Positions 17,913 to 28,287 of a stretch of DNA of 64,000 nt are shown in pieces. Source of the stretch: Rickettsiales bacterium (GTDB lineage: Bacteria > Pseudomonadota > Alphaproteobacteria > Rickettsiales > JABIRX01); the NCBI GenBank assembly GCA_034111325.1, contig JAWUXM010000002.1, forward strand, positions 13,228 to 77,227, written 5' to 3'. A program made the translations under genes and the position numbers. A model generated the notes under the pieces. The model worked only from the letters and a program-made list of their open reading frames with translations, did no database searches and had not been told where the DNA came from. The number at the start of each line of letters is the position of its first letter. Position 1 is the first letter of the stretch.

Positions 17913-20900
17913 CTATCTTTTTTTATAGAGAAAATAGTCAATTGGCTTAACATCTTCGCCACTGTTAGCATCGCCAAGAGCTTTTAACGCTATGTTCATC
18001 TGGCTTGATGGGTATTTAAAGATTATTCCGCCCGCACCATTGAGCGACCTAATAACTTGGTTAATGTCTATTTCTTCATCATTAAGTAAGTTTTCTGCGG
18101 TTTTTGCGGCTGTTTTTACTGCGCCAGATACGGCATCCAAGCCACGCAGTCCAGCAGGGCTTGCGCTAAAACCTTGAAGCCCAGAAGATATTTCACGCAA
18201 CACAGGCAAGCTTGCAGCCATATTTTGCAAAGTTAGTTTAATATTCCACCATAGGGGATCTTCCTCGCTATCCTCAAAATCTGGCGCTCTACCCAGTAAA
18301 AATTCACCCACAACCGCTTCAACCCAAAAAAGCATGAGGTAATCAGAAGCAAGATGAGCAATATCCGAAGGTTTCTTAAAGTCAGTCTTTTTAGTTTGTT
18401 CATAAGCTAAATTTAATTTGGTGTTAAAGTAAGAATAAAAAACAGTGAATAGGCGCACAAAAGGCGACAACCTAGTTGCTTCACTTATTGTACCACGCTC
18501 AAATCCTGATAAATCTTTCATATATCCCGATGATTGCGATTGAATCACTGAAACATCTGCAAACTCTACCGCTTTTTTATCATTCCCTGCAAAATCATTT
18601 AGCCCCTTTTCATAAGCTCCAAGCCACGTTGGCATATCCACCATCATTTGCATCTTTACAATTGGATAAAAGGCAGCCTTAGCAATTGAGCCTCTAATTT
18701 TACCTTTTTTCTGCATCAAGCGCAAAGCGTCGTGAATATCACGGTGGAAGGTAGTTGAGCGATCACGCATAATTTTTGACTTTTCCAATACCGCAGCAGC
18801 ATTTCTATTGATCTGCATAGGGTTTCCGCCACCAAGAAACTTAGCCCAGCCACTTAGCCCATATTTATAGCCAAGCTTTACAAAAGTTTGGCTATAGCCT
18901 GTGAGCTGAATTAGTGTTGTACTTGCTTTAAATCCCATTGCTGAAATAGAAACGCCAGCTCGCAAACTATCTAATCCACTTTCAAAGGCGGCACTAGCTA
19001 GCTTTCCGCCAATTGCGAGATCCTTTAGCCACATATCGAGCTGCTTAAAGGCGTTTATGCCCAAAGTATCAGTGATTGCCTTACGAGTTTTTGCCTTGTT
19101 GAGTATTTTAAAAGCATTTTCTAAAACATCGCCCATCGTTAGGTCTGTCACTACTGCGTTTAAATGATCGAAAAGCGGCGCAATATCTAAGCGCACAGGC
19201 TTATCTACATTGGCAACACGCTCTTTAGTATGCCCCCTGCGAGTTTGCGGGCGAGAAAATGTCTTAAATAAATTTGATAACGTTTCACTAAGGGGATTAT
19301 GCACTGTTGAGCTTAGCCTCTCATCATAACGTAATGGGTAATATCCTCCTTTAAGTGATATGGTTTTCCTGTCTTTTGTCGTTATACTAAAAGGCGAGCG
19401 TTGTACTTTTCTAGGCGCTATGCCAGTACGCCGCTTTTCCAGCTCTGCGATTTCCCCCCAAAAAGAATCTATATAATCCCAAGTTTTTTCAATAAAGAGC
19501 CAGTCATTAGTATCAAGATAGGATAAAATAGCTTCTACTTGCTGATCACCAAAGCCTCTGCCCTGCTTTAATTTAATACGGTTATCCTCATTACCCCAGT
19601 TTAACGCCGTAACAATCATGCTCTCTTTACTAATAGAATCTTTTAGCTCTGGAATATAAACTTTCTTGTGGCTGATTCCATTTTTGTAATGCTGCTTAAT
19701 GATATCATCCATAGCCTCACTTACTTCACGCAAGCGGCGAGTTTTCTTAACTTCGGCAGCGTCAATTGGCTTCATAACGTAATCATGCATCAAGCCTAAA
19801 TCCTTAAAGCCGTCCATTTGTCTAATGAATGTACGAGCTTTAATTGTGCTAAAAAAGAAGTTCTCAAATTGAAACTTTCTATTAGCCGCTCCCTCCCTTG
19901 TGTTTAAAACCTGCTTCTTCTTAGGTAGATTCTTGTTGATGTTTTCAGATAACTTATCTGCAATATCTGCCAATTCTTGTCTTTGCCCATCAACCAATAT
20001 GCTGCGCAGATGCCTGCCTTGCGCTGCAATATTTTCTACTGTGTCGTGCAACTCCACAAACTCATCAAAGCTCATATCTCTATAATGAGTCTTATCAGAT
20101 AATATTGGCGGGACAAAGTCAGCCCCATCTTGGTTTTCTTTATCAGCTTGCCACTGGCTCAAGGCTTCACGTGTAATCCTTAGCTCCTGCTGGGGTCTTG
20201 CAGAAAGCCTATAATTGCCTAACAACTCTACGATCTTTAAGCGATAATCCTCATCTATTTTAACTTTGCCTCTAGTTTGTGACTTCTGATATTTGGCGAA
20301 TTTTTGCAAAGCTTTTGACACGCCAACCCTTGCATCCGTCGCCTCTTTAAACAAATAATGGTTTAAAAGTTGTTCACGCTTATGTTTTGCAGCTTTCTCA
20401 TAGTCTTTTTGACCAAGTGCCTTACCTGCTGCACGTGCAGCCCTAACCTCTGCTAAATAATATTGCGAAGGTTTTATTGCTTCATCGACTTTTTTGCGCC
20501 CAACAACTTCACGGGCTTTTTGTTTGTAAGACTCCTTAGTTTCTTTGAGCCCACCAATTTTGCGCCCAATAACATCAAGTTCAAAGGCGATTTGGCTTGC
20601 ACGCTGTACATCCTGCATGGTTTCCAATGCTTCACGCTCAAGGCTTCCATCTCGGAGCATATCGCCATGGCGAGCAAACATCTCTTCATCAACAGATTTC
20701 TTAATTTCCGCCTTTTTATTTGGCATGTTAGCCATAGCAAAAAGCATCTCATCCGCAGAGGTGAAGCCAAACTCCTCAGCAACTATTTCAGGAGCAACGC
20801 CTTTGCCGCCCATAATTCCACTAGGTAGATATTTAACAATCTCAGGGTCAAACCTGCTTTTAATGGAGTTCCTATCCATTTTATACGGCTTTACTTCGGG

Positions 20901-23900
20901 AGGAGTCTCTCTGTCTAAAAATGCACCAGTTTTAAGAAAGTGCACAGCACGATAAATAGGGGATTTGTTAAACCTCTCTTCTGCTTCTTTGGTCAATTGC
21001 TCAACTTGCCCTTTCCACCACTTTTTATCCCTACGCTCTAATTGACGCAAAGTCTTGCGCATAAGTTTGTCTTTTGAGTTGTTGAGGGCTTTTTGATTGC
21101 GGGCAATATAATCTTTCTGCTCCGCCTTTGTTAAAACTTCCAAAATATCAAGATTAGGTTTAAAGAGTGGGTCAGAGCTTAGAGCTTCAATCTGCTCGTC
21201 AGTTGCCAGCATGCGATCAAAAACCTCCTTCATCTCTGGCGAGACTTTAACATTAAGATTAGATATATCCTTGTAAATCCTTGCTAGCCAAGCTTTAAAG
21301 CGTTGAAACACACTGCGCAGCTCGATTGATGGTGCTTCACCTTTGTAAAGATAAGCTTCAAAGCCACGAGCAAACTTCTCATGCTGCTCTCTGGTAAAGT
21401 TGCCATCTTTTGAGCCGAGCCACTCAAGAGTTTTCTGCCAATCTGCTCTAATCTGTTCTGGCGCATCATCCGTAGCAACGATTTGCTTTTGCACTTCCAA
21501 AAAGAAATGTCCACCTTCATGTAACAAAGTTGATAAATCCCTACCTTCAAACAAGCTAATGACAGTTTCCCCATCAGGTGCATTAAATTGAATTGATCCT
21601 TTTTTGTTGATTTGACCTTGATATGAAAATGCCACACCATCATCAAAAACAACAATAGCATCCTTATCTAAGACATCTTGACTTCCCTCAACTGTAAACC
21701 CCTTCCTTTGTGCGTCGCCGAAAGTTCGTCTAACCTCTGTGTTTCTAGCCTCGATCTCGCCAGCAAGGTTTCTATATTTTGTTTGAGCCTTTTCTATTAG
21801 ATCTAAAGGGTCGATATTAACCTTGTCTACTAAAGTCAGCTTCCTTTTCATAATATCCTGATACTCGCCCGTCCCGACCTTCTCTCTCAATTGCTCGTTA
21901 AGAAAGCTAATCTCTTTTTCTATTTCAGATATTTCCTCCCTCATTTCCGAGTAAAATTTCTTAGGGCTTCCGCCAGAAGCAAAGCCCTCTTGACCCTGTA
22001 TAGCATGTTGCACTTCGTGCATTAAATAGCCTATAGCCTGCTCTTTGTCCTTAACGACGATGGTAATTTCGGGGTCACGACCAAATTTTTCTGCATCGCT
22101 AGGAGTTCCTTGTCTAAAAAAGGCGTGGGGCTCACTTATTAATTTATCAATCGTAATTTCAACTTGAACCCCCGCCAGTTGTGGGTAGGCAGCTTCCAGC
22201 TTGTCGTGTTCCAGAAGGTCAAACAACATACCAATTCCATATTTAGCATTGCCTTGATTGCGGAGTCCTTTTATTTTTGCCTCATTATCGCTTATTTCAA
22301 AACGCCAGTGTTTATCTACGCCTTTAAACCAACCCGTTTTTTTACGCACTTCCTCTGCATCCTCTCCTGCCTCAAGCTTCTGTGAGGCTGTTTTTAACGT
22401 GAACAAGTCAGCGGTCTTTGCACTAACTCCTGCGAATTGGTAAAGAATATTAGGATCGTTCGGGTTGAAAGTTCCTTTGTTTTCTACAGATTTGATTTGG
22501 GTTGGAAACCAAGCAATATAAACATCACCCTCACCTTCTTGGAAGTCTTTTACTTTAATACCATCAAAACCAAGAGTATCACGAACAGCTTGGGGAACTG
22601 TCGTTTTATCACCAACAACATTTGATAGTTCGGAAATTTGGTCTACTGCTGTGTCGCTTCCCTCAAGGATTGATTGAGCTACTTCTTTTATAGCTTGTGC
22701 TTTTGATAAAGAATATGTATCAACAAAATTTGATAAAAACGAATCTTTATAATCAGTAATCTCATCGCTAAATTTCTCAATCTCAATATCAACTATTTTA
22801 TTAAGAATGGATGATGTTTGCTTAATATTGAATGGCTTTTGTTTGCTGTCTAGTGGTTTTTGCATTGATAGATAAGCCTCTACCATAGAACCACCCTCGT
22901 TTTGATAGCCTTTAGCTATATCTTTATTGTTGGTTAAATAAAATCCATACCCTTCCGCCGTTGCGTTGCTTCCAACTTTCTTAATATCAAATGTATCAAA
23001 CTTAGTATTGCTGCCGTGATAAACAACCAAAGGCTCACCCTTCTCATCAACTACCTTTGAGTCACCAAACCATTTTTTGAATGATTCAGCTCTTATGTGA
23101 TCGTCATGTGATTTTGGCTGGCTAAATGTCTGATTTTCCACCTCTGCAATCGCAGCTTTAATTTCAGCATTGCTTGCCTCATAAATATCAACACCTAGCT
23201 TGTCTAACTCTTCGATCAGTTGGTTGTCTGAATCTTGCTGCGTTTTCTCATCTACACTGAGAGCTTGTGATATGTCAGTGCCGCTTTGTTCTTCTCGGAT
23301 AAGCTCTAATAAATAATCCCTATCGACATAAAGCCCGTCCTCGGAAGCTGTAGGCTCTACATTAGGAAAAGAGTCTCTAAACTCCGAAAGGGCAATATTA
23401 TCAATTTCATTTAAATTGTTTCCACCGTCCTCAAAAAGCCCGCCTCGCTGCTTCTTGAAGAGTCCTTTTGTGTTTTTATCATTAATGCCGATACTCTCAA
23501 GCTCTCCCGCTAGAGAGCTTCCACTAATAACACCGCCTCTGGATTGAATGAGTTTTAGCAGTGGTTTTTGAGCTTTCTTACTTGGCTTATTCATAGCCTT
23601 TCTTATACGATCAAGCTCTAAGTCAAGATTATCAACCTTAGAATATTTTTGCGCTATACCTCTTTTTTCTTCCTGCGCTGCTTGGATTTTCAAACTATCA
23701 AATGCTTTTTGTAAAATTTGTTTACCATCTTCACCTGATCTTTGTGATTGGCTCTCATAGAAAGCTCTAAATGCTGTAGAATAAAGTCTCGCACTCTCTG
23801 GGGTTAAGCCTGCTTTAGTAATTTGATCTTCAATATTTCTTTGGATCTCTGCAGCTTTATTTAGCTCCTCTGCTACTTGCCCTGACTCTTCATATTCACG

Positions 23901-25553
23901 CAATATGTTGTCATTATACAACTCTGACAATTCTTCATCCGTTAGCGTCTCAGGGTTGAGTTTTAACAACCCTTGTAGTTCAGACATTTGTTCATTTTGC
24001 GCCATTGCTGAGATGACTTTATTAGCAGGCAAAACAAGGTTTCCCCCTAGATCTAGAGCCTCTTCTATCTGTTCCTTAGCCTCTGGTACTTTGGCGTAAA
24101 AATCGTTCAGACTTTCATCAGATTGGAAGAATTCTTTAAACTTGCTGGCATCAACATAAAGCTTTTGATCTCCTAAAGTCTCGCTAGTAACCTCTTCAAA
24201 TAATTTAGGATTGCGCTTGAAAACTTTGCTGTTTTTAACCTTGTCAACCAGCTCTGATAAGCTGTCTTGATCTTGCTTAAATTTCTGGTTAGCGATATTG
24301 CTTTTCACTGCACGGTCAATCACCACCCCAGTTGTGGCAAATCCTGCGCCACCTTGCGCACCTCTTACCCCCGCTTCCGCCGCTCTATCAAACGCCTCTG
24401 CTACATATTCAATGAAAGTTGGCACTTCGCCATCTCCTGCTTGGAAAGCTGTAAAGTCTTGCTCTGAAATCTTGTTAGCAACAAACTTAGCGGATTCGCC
24501 CATTACTGAATTGATTAACTCTTGCGCCGCCTCTGTTGTTCCCTCACTGATAATAGCACTTCCTATCTTTTGGAATGCGTCTTTTGCCTTTTGGTTGCGT
24601 AATAATTTTTTGACGGACTCCGTGCTAAATTGAGCAAAGAGCTTGTCACCGCCAGGAAAAGCCTTAGCTATCGCTTTTGCGCCTGTTCGCTCAAGTAAGC
24701 CGTTTGCTATTCCTACCGTTAATGATGCGCCTCTTGCTATGCTAGGGTCTAGCTTTTTTCCCTGTTCGTCCGCATAATCTGAAAACTCAACCATCGCAGC
24801 GCCCAGCTCTTGCTTCATAAATTGCAAGGTTAAGGCGGGTGCAAAACTTCTAGCAAAGCCTGTGGTTGCTCCTGTTGCCGTACCAATCCCTGGTACTGCT
24901 GATCCTACACCTGCTCCAACTACTGCGCCGCCCAATGACAAGCCTGCCGCATCTTTTATCGCTTCAAACATAGGCACGGACATTTCCACGGTTGCGCTAG
25001 GCACTCCCTCCACGAAGCCTATATCGTAATCTTTTCTCTCAGTCTGCTTAATAAGATTAAGGCTATTTTGCTCTACGGGAGATAAGTCACTGCCAAAAAA
25101 CATTTTTGTGCCAAGATCAGAAATATCACGATTTTGCACAGAAGCTTGTGCAGATTGCTTTAAATCACGTGTCCAACGCTCAAAATAAGATAAATTCTCA
25201 ATATCATCATGAATCGCAGAAGCTTTGGCGGGGTCTTTTAACTGCTTGCTGGTGAGCGGAAATTGATTAATTAGATTGGCAAAGTCTAAAGATTCGAACT
25301 CTGTACGCTGCTTTATTTCATTCTCCCTTGCCCTAATAGTTTGAAAGGGCAAATTAGTATCTTTGGCGAGTGAGTATTGCCTTGCGGAGCTTTCAGGATT
25401 GTTTTTAATGGCATAATTCATGCTCGCACGAATATCACCATCAGCCACAACGCCATCTATAGCATCGCTATAATCAACATTATCATCTTTCTTCGGAGGC
25501 TTTTTATCACCGACCACTTGGTTAATGGCATCTGAATAATCAATATCAGGCAT
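17913..25553 (-). CDS. Giant internal virion protein (T7 gp16 position) with polyvalent-protein domains: ART-like H-Y-E region and two HExxH zincin-like regions
   Basis: Uninterrupted 2546-aa ORF. PLVVYHGS (H846), GFYLT (Y872) and VEAYL (E892). HEVQH at aa 1179-1183 (nt 22005-22019). HEGGH at aa 1345-1349. Gly-rich hydrophobic segment at aa 203-245. Hydrophobic C-terminal third. Confidence 0.75.
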   Translation of the reverse strand: MPDIDYSDAINQVVGDKKPPKKDDNVDYSDAIDGVVADGDIRASMNYAIKNNPESSARQYSLAKDTNLPFQTIRARENEIKQRTEFESLDFANLINQFPLTSKQLKDPAKASAIHDDIENLSYFERWTRDLKQSAQASVQNRDISDLGTKMFFGSDLSPVEQNSLNLIKQTERKDYDIGFVEGVPSATVEMSVPMFEAIKDAAGLSLGGAVVGAGVGSAVPGIGTATGATTGFARSFAPALTLQFMKQELGAAMVEFSDYADEQGKKLDPSIARGASLTVGIANGLLERTGAKAIAKAFPGGDKLFAQFSTESVKKLLRNQKAKDAFQKIGSAIISEGTTEAAQELINSVMGESAKFVANKISEQDFTAFQAGDGEVPTFIEYVAEAFDRAAEAGVRGAQGGAGFATTGVVIDRAVKSNIANQKFKQDQDSLSELVDKVKNSKVFKRNPKLFEEVTSETLGDQKLYVDASKFKEFFQSDESLNDFYAKVPEAKEQIEEALDLGGNLVLPANKVISAMAQNEQMSELQGLLKLNPETLTDEELSELYNDNILREYEESGQVAEELNKAAEIQRNIEDQITKAGLTPESARLYSTAFRAFYESQSQRSGEDGKQILQKAFDSLKIQAAQEEKRGIAQKYSKVDNLDLELDRIRKAMNKPSKKAQKPLLKLIQSRGGVISGSSLAGELESIGINDKNTKGLFKKQRGGLFEDGGNNLNEIDNIALSEFRDSFPNVEPTASEDGLYVDRDYLLELIREEQSGTDISQALSVDEKTQQDSDNQLIEELDKLGVDIYEASNAEIKAAIAEVENQTFSQPKSHDDHIRAESFKKWFGDSKVVDEKGEPLVVYHGSNTKFDTFDIKKVGSNATAEGYGFYLTNNKDIAKGYQNEGGSMVEAYLSMQKPLDSKQKPFNIKQTSSILNKIVDIEIEKFSDEITDYKDSFLSNFVDTYSLSKAQAIKEVAQSILEGSDTAVDQISELSNVVGDKTTVPQAVRDTLGFDGIKVKDFQEGEGDVYIAWFPTQIKSVENKGTFNPNDPNILYQFAGVSAKTADLFTLKTASQKLEAGEDAEEVRKKTGWFKGVDKHWRFEISDNEAKIKGLRNQGNAKYGIGMLFDLLEHDKLEAAYPQLAGVQVEITIDKLISEPHAFFRQGTPSDAEKFGRDPEITIVVKDKEQAIGYLMHEVQHAIQGQEGFASGGSPKKFYSEMREEISEIEKEISFLNEQLREKVGTGEYQDIMKRKLTLVDKVNIDPLDLIEKAQTKYRNLAGEIEARNTEVRRTFGDAQRKGFTVEGSQDVLDKDAIVVFDDGVAFSYQGQINKKGSIQFNAPDGETVISLFEGRDLSTLLHEGGHFFLEVQKQIVATDDAPEQIRADWQKTLEWLGSKDGNFTREQHEKFARGFEAYLYKGEAPSIELRSVFQRFKAWLARIYKDISNLNVKVSPEMKEVFDRMLATDEQIEALSSDPLFKPNLDILEVLTKAEQKDYIARNQKALNNSKDKLMRKTLRQLERRDKKWWKGQVEQLTKEAEERFNKSPIYRAVHFLKTGAFLDRETPPEVKPYKMDRNSIKSRFDPEIVKYLPSGIMGGKGVAPEIVAEEFGFTSADEMLFAMANMPNKKAEIKKSVDEEMFARHGDMLRDGSLEREALETMQDVQRASQIAFELDVIGRKIGGLKETKESYKQKAREVVGRKKVDEAIKPSQYYLAEVRAARAAGKALGQKDYEKAAKHKREQLLNHYLFKEATDARVGVSKALQKFAKYQKSQTRGKVKIDEDYRLKIVELLGNYRLSARPQQELRITREALSQWQADKENQDGADFVPPILSDKTHYRDMSFDEFVELHDTVENIAAQGRHLRSILVDGQRQELADIADKLSENINKNLPKKKQVLNTREGAANRKFQFENFFFSTIKARTFIRQMDGFKDLGLMHDYVMKPIDAAEVKKTRRLREVSEAMDDIIKQHYKNGISHKKVYIPELKDSISKESMIVTALNWGNEDNRIKLKQGRGFGDQQVEAILSYLDTNDWLFIEKTWDYIDSFWGEIAELEKRRTGIAPRKVQRSPFSITTKDRKTISLKGGYYPLRYDERLSSTVHNPLSETLSNLFKTFSRPQTRRGHTKERVANVDKPVRLDIAPLFDHLNAVVTDLTMGDVLENAFKILNKAKTRKAITDTLGINAFKQLDMWLKDLAIGGKLASAAFESGLDSLRAGVSISAMGFKASTTLIQLTGYSQTFVKLGYKYGLSGWAKFLGGGNPMQINRNAAAVLEKSKIMRDRSTTFHRDIHDALRLMQKKGKIRGSIAKAAFYPIVKMQMMVDMPTWLGAYEKGLNDFAGNDKKAVEFADVSVIQSQSSGYMKDLSGFERGTISEATRLSPFVRLFTVFYSYFNTKLNLAYEQTKKTDFKKPSDIAHLASDYLMLFWVEAVVGEFLLGRAPDFEDSEEDPLWWNIKLTLQNMAASLPVLREISSGLQGFSASPAGLRGLDAVSGAVKTAAKTAENLLNDEEIDINQVIRSLNGAGGIIFKYPSSQMNIALKALGDANSGEDVKPIDYFLYKKR

Positions 25554-25556
25554 TTG

Positions 25557-27263
25557 CTAACCTCTCAGCTTAATTGTGTAAATCTTCTTTATCTGCTCAT
25601 CAGTTAAAGCCGCATCTGGGTTTTTATCCTGCACCTGTCTGATGATAGTTTCACGGATATTGTCAGGCACAACGACATCTTGGAAATCCTCCTCCCCATC
25701 AAGCTCAAAGCGGAATTTCTCCCTACGCCTTCCCCAAAAACCCTTGTCAAAAGCTATCTCTTCGGTCATGCGGTCAATCATTTGCTCAACTTCACTCCCT
25801 TTAGGTTTGCGTTTACTATCATCAACAAAGGACTGTATTTGCTCATCAAGCTCACGGAAGAATAGAGCGGTCTTCTCCTTATCCTCACTGCTAACGCCCT
25901 TTGCCGTGCTAGTCCTGATACCTATAGCCTCCAACCTTTGTTTGCCGATTGCGTTATATGTGCGCACCTGAACTTGCCTAGAGCTATCATTGTTAATTAA
26001 CTCCTTCTGCCGTTCGGCAAAATATTCAAAGTCTTGCTCGTTCAGTTGATTAGCGTATTTGAAAAGATTCTCGTTTTTAAATTTCTTAGGGTCGCTCACA
26101 TACATATCTTTCAAATCAGCATGGGTAAGTAGGCTAGAATTATCTGGCGCACCATCCGTTGCAAACTTCTCAATCTTTTGCTTTTCGTCGCTATCTAGTG
26201 CAGTCCATAGCTCAAGAGGTATTTGCTCAGGCTTTACATTTTGATCAACAATCAACTTCCACGACTCGGCAGAAGCTAGCTCTTTTTTTCTTTGCTGTGC
26301 AGATTTTGGCTCATTCCAACTTCTTTTAACCCTTGCTTCGACCTGATCTCTCAATGCTGCATCCTTGATTGAGCGTGCCATGTCTAGCTGCTCCCCCTCA
26401 TCTTTGCCGCTACTCGCTATTTTATCAAATTCGCTTTGTGATTTAGCACGCACCGAACCATCTTTAAGTAAAGAGTCTATCTGGATTTGATTTAAACCAG
26501 TGATACCTTTCTTGTTCTTTTTGTAATATTCCTGAGCCTGATCAACTCTGCCACTACTAGCTAATTTTTTAATAACCCCAGTATGAACCCGATCTAAGGC
26601 TGCGCCCATTTTTTCTTTTACTATCTCACTCCTTGAGGCAATCATCTGCTCTCCTGCGTCCTCTCCAACGCTAGGGATAGCGCTTTCTACCGTTTCGTTG
26701 ATAATGGTGATATTATCTTGAATTGCATCAGGGTTGTTGAAATTTTGGACTGCATCATTAATCGAGTTGTTGAGCAAGGCGGTTGCCTCTTCTGCCTTGT
26801 AAGAATTTCTTTGCGTAATTTCATGGCGTGCCGAACCGTTAAGAACAGAGTTCCTTTTAACCGAATAGAGCCGCTCCAACTTTTCCACTGCACCTGGGCT
26901 AAGTTCAGAAGTGCGCTTTGAATAAGAAGCTTCTAAAGCCTCCTCTGAATCTTGATAAGAGTTGAGAGCTTGCGCACCCTTCTTTGCATAAATACCCTTT
27001 TTAGAGTCAAAGTGGCTTTGCCTTACATCGTCATCTATGCCATTCATCGCTTTGAAAGCATCAGCCTTTTCTTGCTCATCAACGATCTTAGAGGCGACTG
27101 CTGATCCCTGCTGCAAAGCCTTGCCAATCTGCCCTATGTTGCGAGCTTTCCTTGCGCCAAAAGCATCTGGCGATATGTTGAACCTCTGAAAAGGCACGGA
27201 TGCATTATTGCTCCGTTGAAATCCTATGCCTTGCTCTGCTGGTGATGGTACTTTTATAGCCAT
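25557..27263 (-). CDS. Internal virion protein (T7 gp15 position)
   Basis: 568-aa ORF, charged and helical. Assigned by position between the gp14-like and gp16-like genes. Confidence 0.55.
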   Translation of the reverse strand: MAIKVPSPAEQGIGFQRSNNASVPFQRFNISPDAFGARKARNIGQIGKALQQGSAVASKIVDEQEKADAFKAMNGIDDDVRQSHFDSKKGIYAKKGAQALNSYQDSEEALEASYSKRTSELSPGAVEKLERLYSVKRNSVLNGSARHEITQRNSYKAEEATALLNNSINDAVQNFNNPDAIQDNITIINETVESAIPSVGEDAGEQMIASRSEIVKEKMGAALDRVHTGVIKKLASSGRVDQAQEYYKKNKKGITGLNQIQIDSLLKDGSVRAKSQSEFDKIASSGKDEGEQLDMARSIKDAALRDQVEARVKRSWNEPKSAQQRKKELASAESWKLIVDQNVKPEQIPLELWTALDSDEKQKIEKFATDGAPDNSSLLTHADLKDMYVSDPKKFKNENLFKYANQLNEQDFEYFAERQKELINNDSSRQVQVRTYNAIGKQRLEAIGIRTSTAKGVSSEDKEKTALFFRELDEQIQSFVDDSKRKPKGSEVEQMIDRMTEEIAFDKGFWGRRREKFRFELDGEEDFQDVVVPDNIRETIIRQVQDKNPDAALTDEQIKKIYTIKLRG

Positions 27264-27272
27264 ATTTCCTCA

Positions 27273-27818
27273 TTAATTTTTAGCACTAGGTTTAGCATTA
27301 GGTTTCGACTCAAAGCCTTTTGAGATAGTTCCTGCCGACCCCCCTAGCTGCGTCAAGAAAGTAGTTGAGCCATCAAAGAAAGGTTTGATATTGCGAGCTT
27401 GCGCACCATAAATCTGCGCTTGTGAAGCAAAGTTTAAGCCTTGAGACTCAAAGCCGTAAGCATCACGCTCGGCATTTCTGCGAATTGTAAGCGCATCGAC
27501 CTCACCTAATGCGGCAGTCTCACCCAATATATCCAATGGGCTTCCTTCATCCACCACCACGCCCGAGCCTGAATATATAGATCTTTGCTTACCTTTTATG
27601 ATTTCAAGCCTTCTGCGGTAATTATCCTCTTCGATCTTTCCCTTTTTGCGGCTATCGTCCGCAAGACCGTCCGCAGTAACTTTGTTGTTGTTGGCGACCT
27701 GCGCTTGCGCTCTAGCGGTGTTTTTGGCAGATTCTCCCTGAGTATAAGCACTATAGCCCGCAGCACCCGCCCCTGCCACTGCTACCGCTATTAAGGCGAT
27801 GGTTGCTGGTTCACACAT
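27273..27818 (-). CDS. Internal virion protein with an N-terminal hydrophobic segment (T7 gp14 position)
   Basis: 181 aa with N-terminus MCEPATIALIAVAVAGAGAAGY. Size and position match gp14. Confidence 0.55.
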   Translation of the reverse strand: MCEPATIALIAVAVAGAGAAGYSAYTQGESAKNTARAQAQVANNNKVTADGLADDSRKKGKIEEDNYRRRLEIIKGKQRSIYSGSGVVVDEGSPLDILGETAALGEVDALTIRRNAERDAYGFESQGLNFASQAQIYGAQARNIKPFFDGSTTFLTQLGGSAGTISKGFESKPNAKPSAKN

Positions 27819-28287
27819 GATTTAACCTCATAAATAATTTTCTATATGGCAAGTTTTTTGCCCCGTGAGCCAATGGCTCACTAAGTTGAAAGCCAAGATA
27901 TTTTAACCATAATTTAGCTAGGTCGTTCCTATCATCAACGTAATTAGCCAATTCGCTAAAATTTTCTGACATTAGTTTAAATACTGGCTTGCAGTGTCTT
28001 GCAAAAGTTATCCAATATTTATCCATGTTTTTTGCGCCAAGCATCCACGGAACACCAAAATCAGTAATAAATGATAGCCTTTGAACTCCAAAAATAGCTA
28101 CTATGTTGCCATCCACCAACCCAGTCCACGCATTGTTTTTAATATGATATAGATTTTGCAAAGCTTCTTTTATATCCACACCTTGCGCATCCTCTACCTC
28201 CCGCCTGTCTGCATCACGAATGTTTTTAATCACGTAATCAATGTCTTCTCTTGTCATTTTACGCACGATTGATCTTCTACTCATCAC
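27811..28287 (-). CDS. T7 gp13-like (DUF2833-like) internal virion protein A
   Basis: 158 aa, immediately after the tubular-B-like gene. Pattern REDIDYV...DRRE...FGV..PWMLG resembles the gp13 family as I recall it. Confidence 0.45.
   Translation of the reverse strand: MMSRRSIVRKMTREDIDYVIKNIRDADRREVEDAQGVDIKEALQNLYHIKNNAWTGLVDGNIVAIFGVQRLSFITDFGVPWMLGAKNMDKYWITFARHCKPVFKLMSENFSELANYVDDRNDLAKLWLKYLGFQLSEPLAHGAKNLPYRKLFMRLNHV

Noticed and set aside
17992-24633. Many 60-136-aa ORFs on both strands inside the giant gene, with similar ones inside nuoF, the portal, terL and the 379-aa coiled-coil gene
   Set aside because: These are shadow ORFs nested in long, well-supported genes. They have no independent signals.
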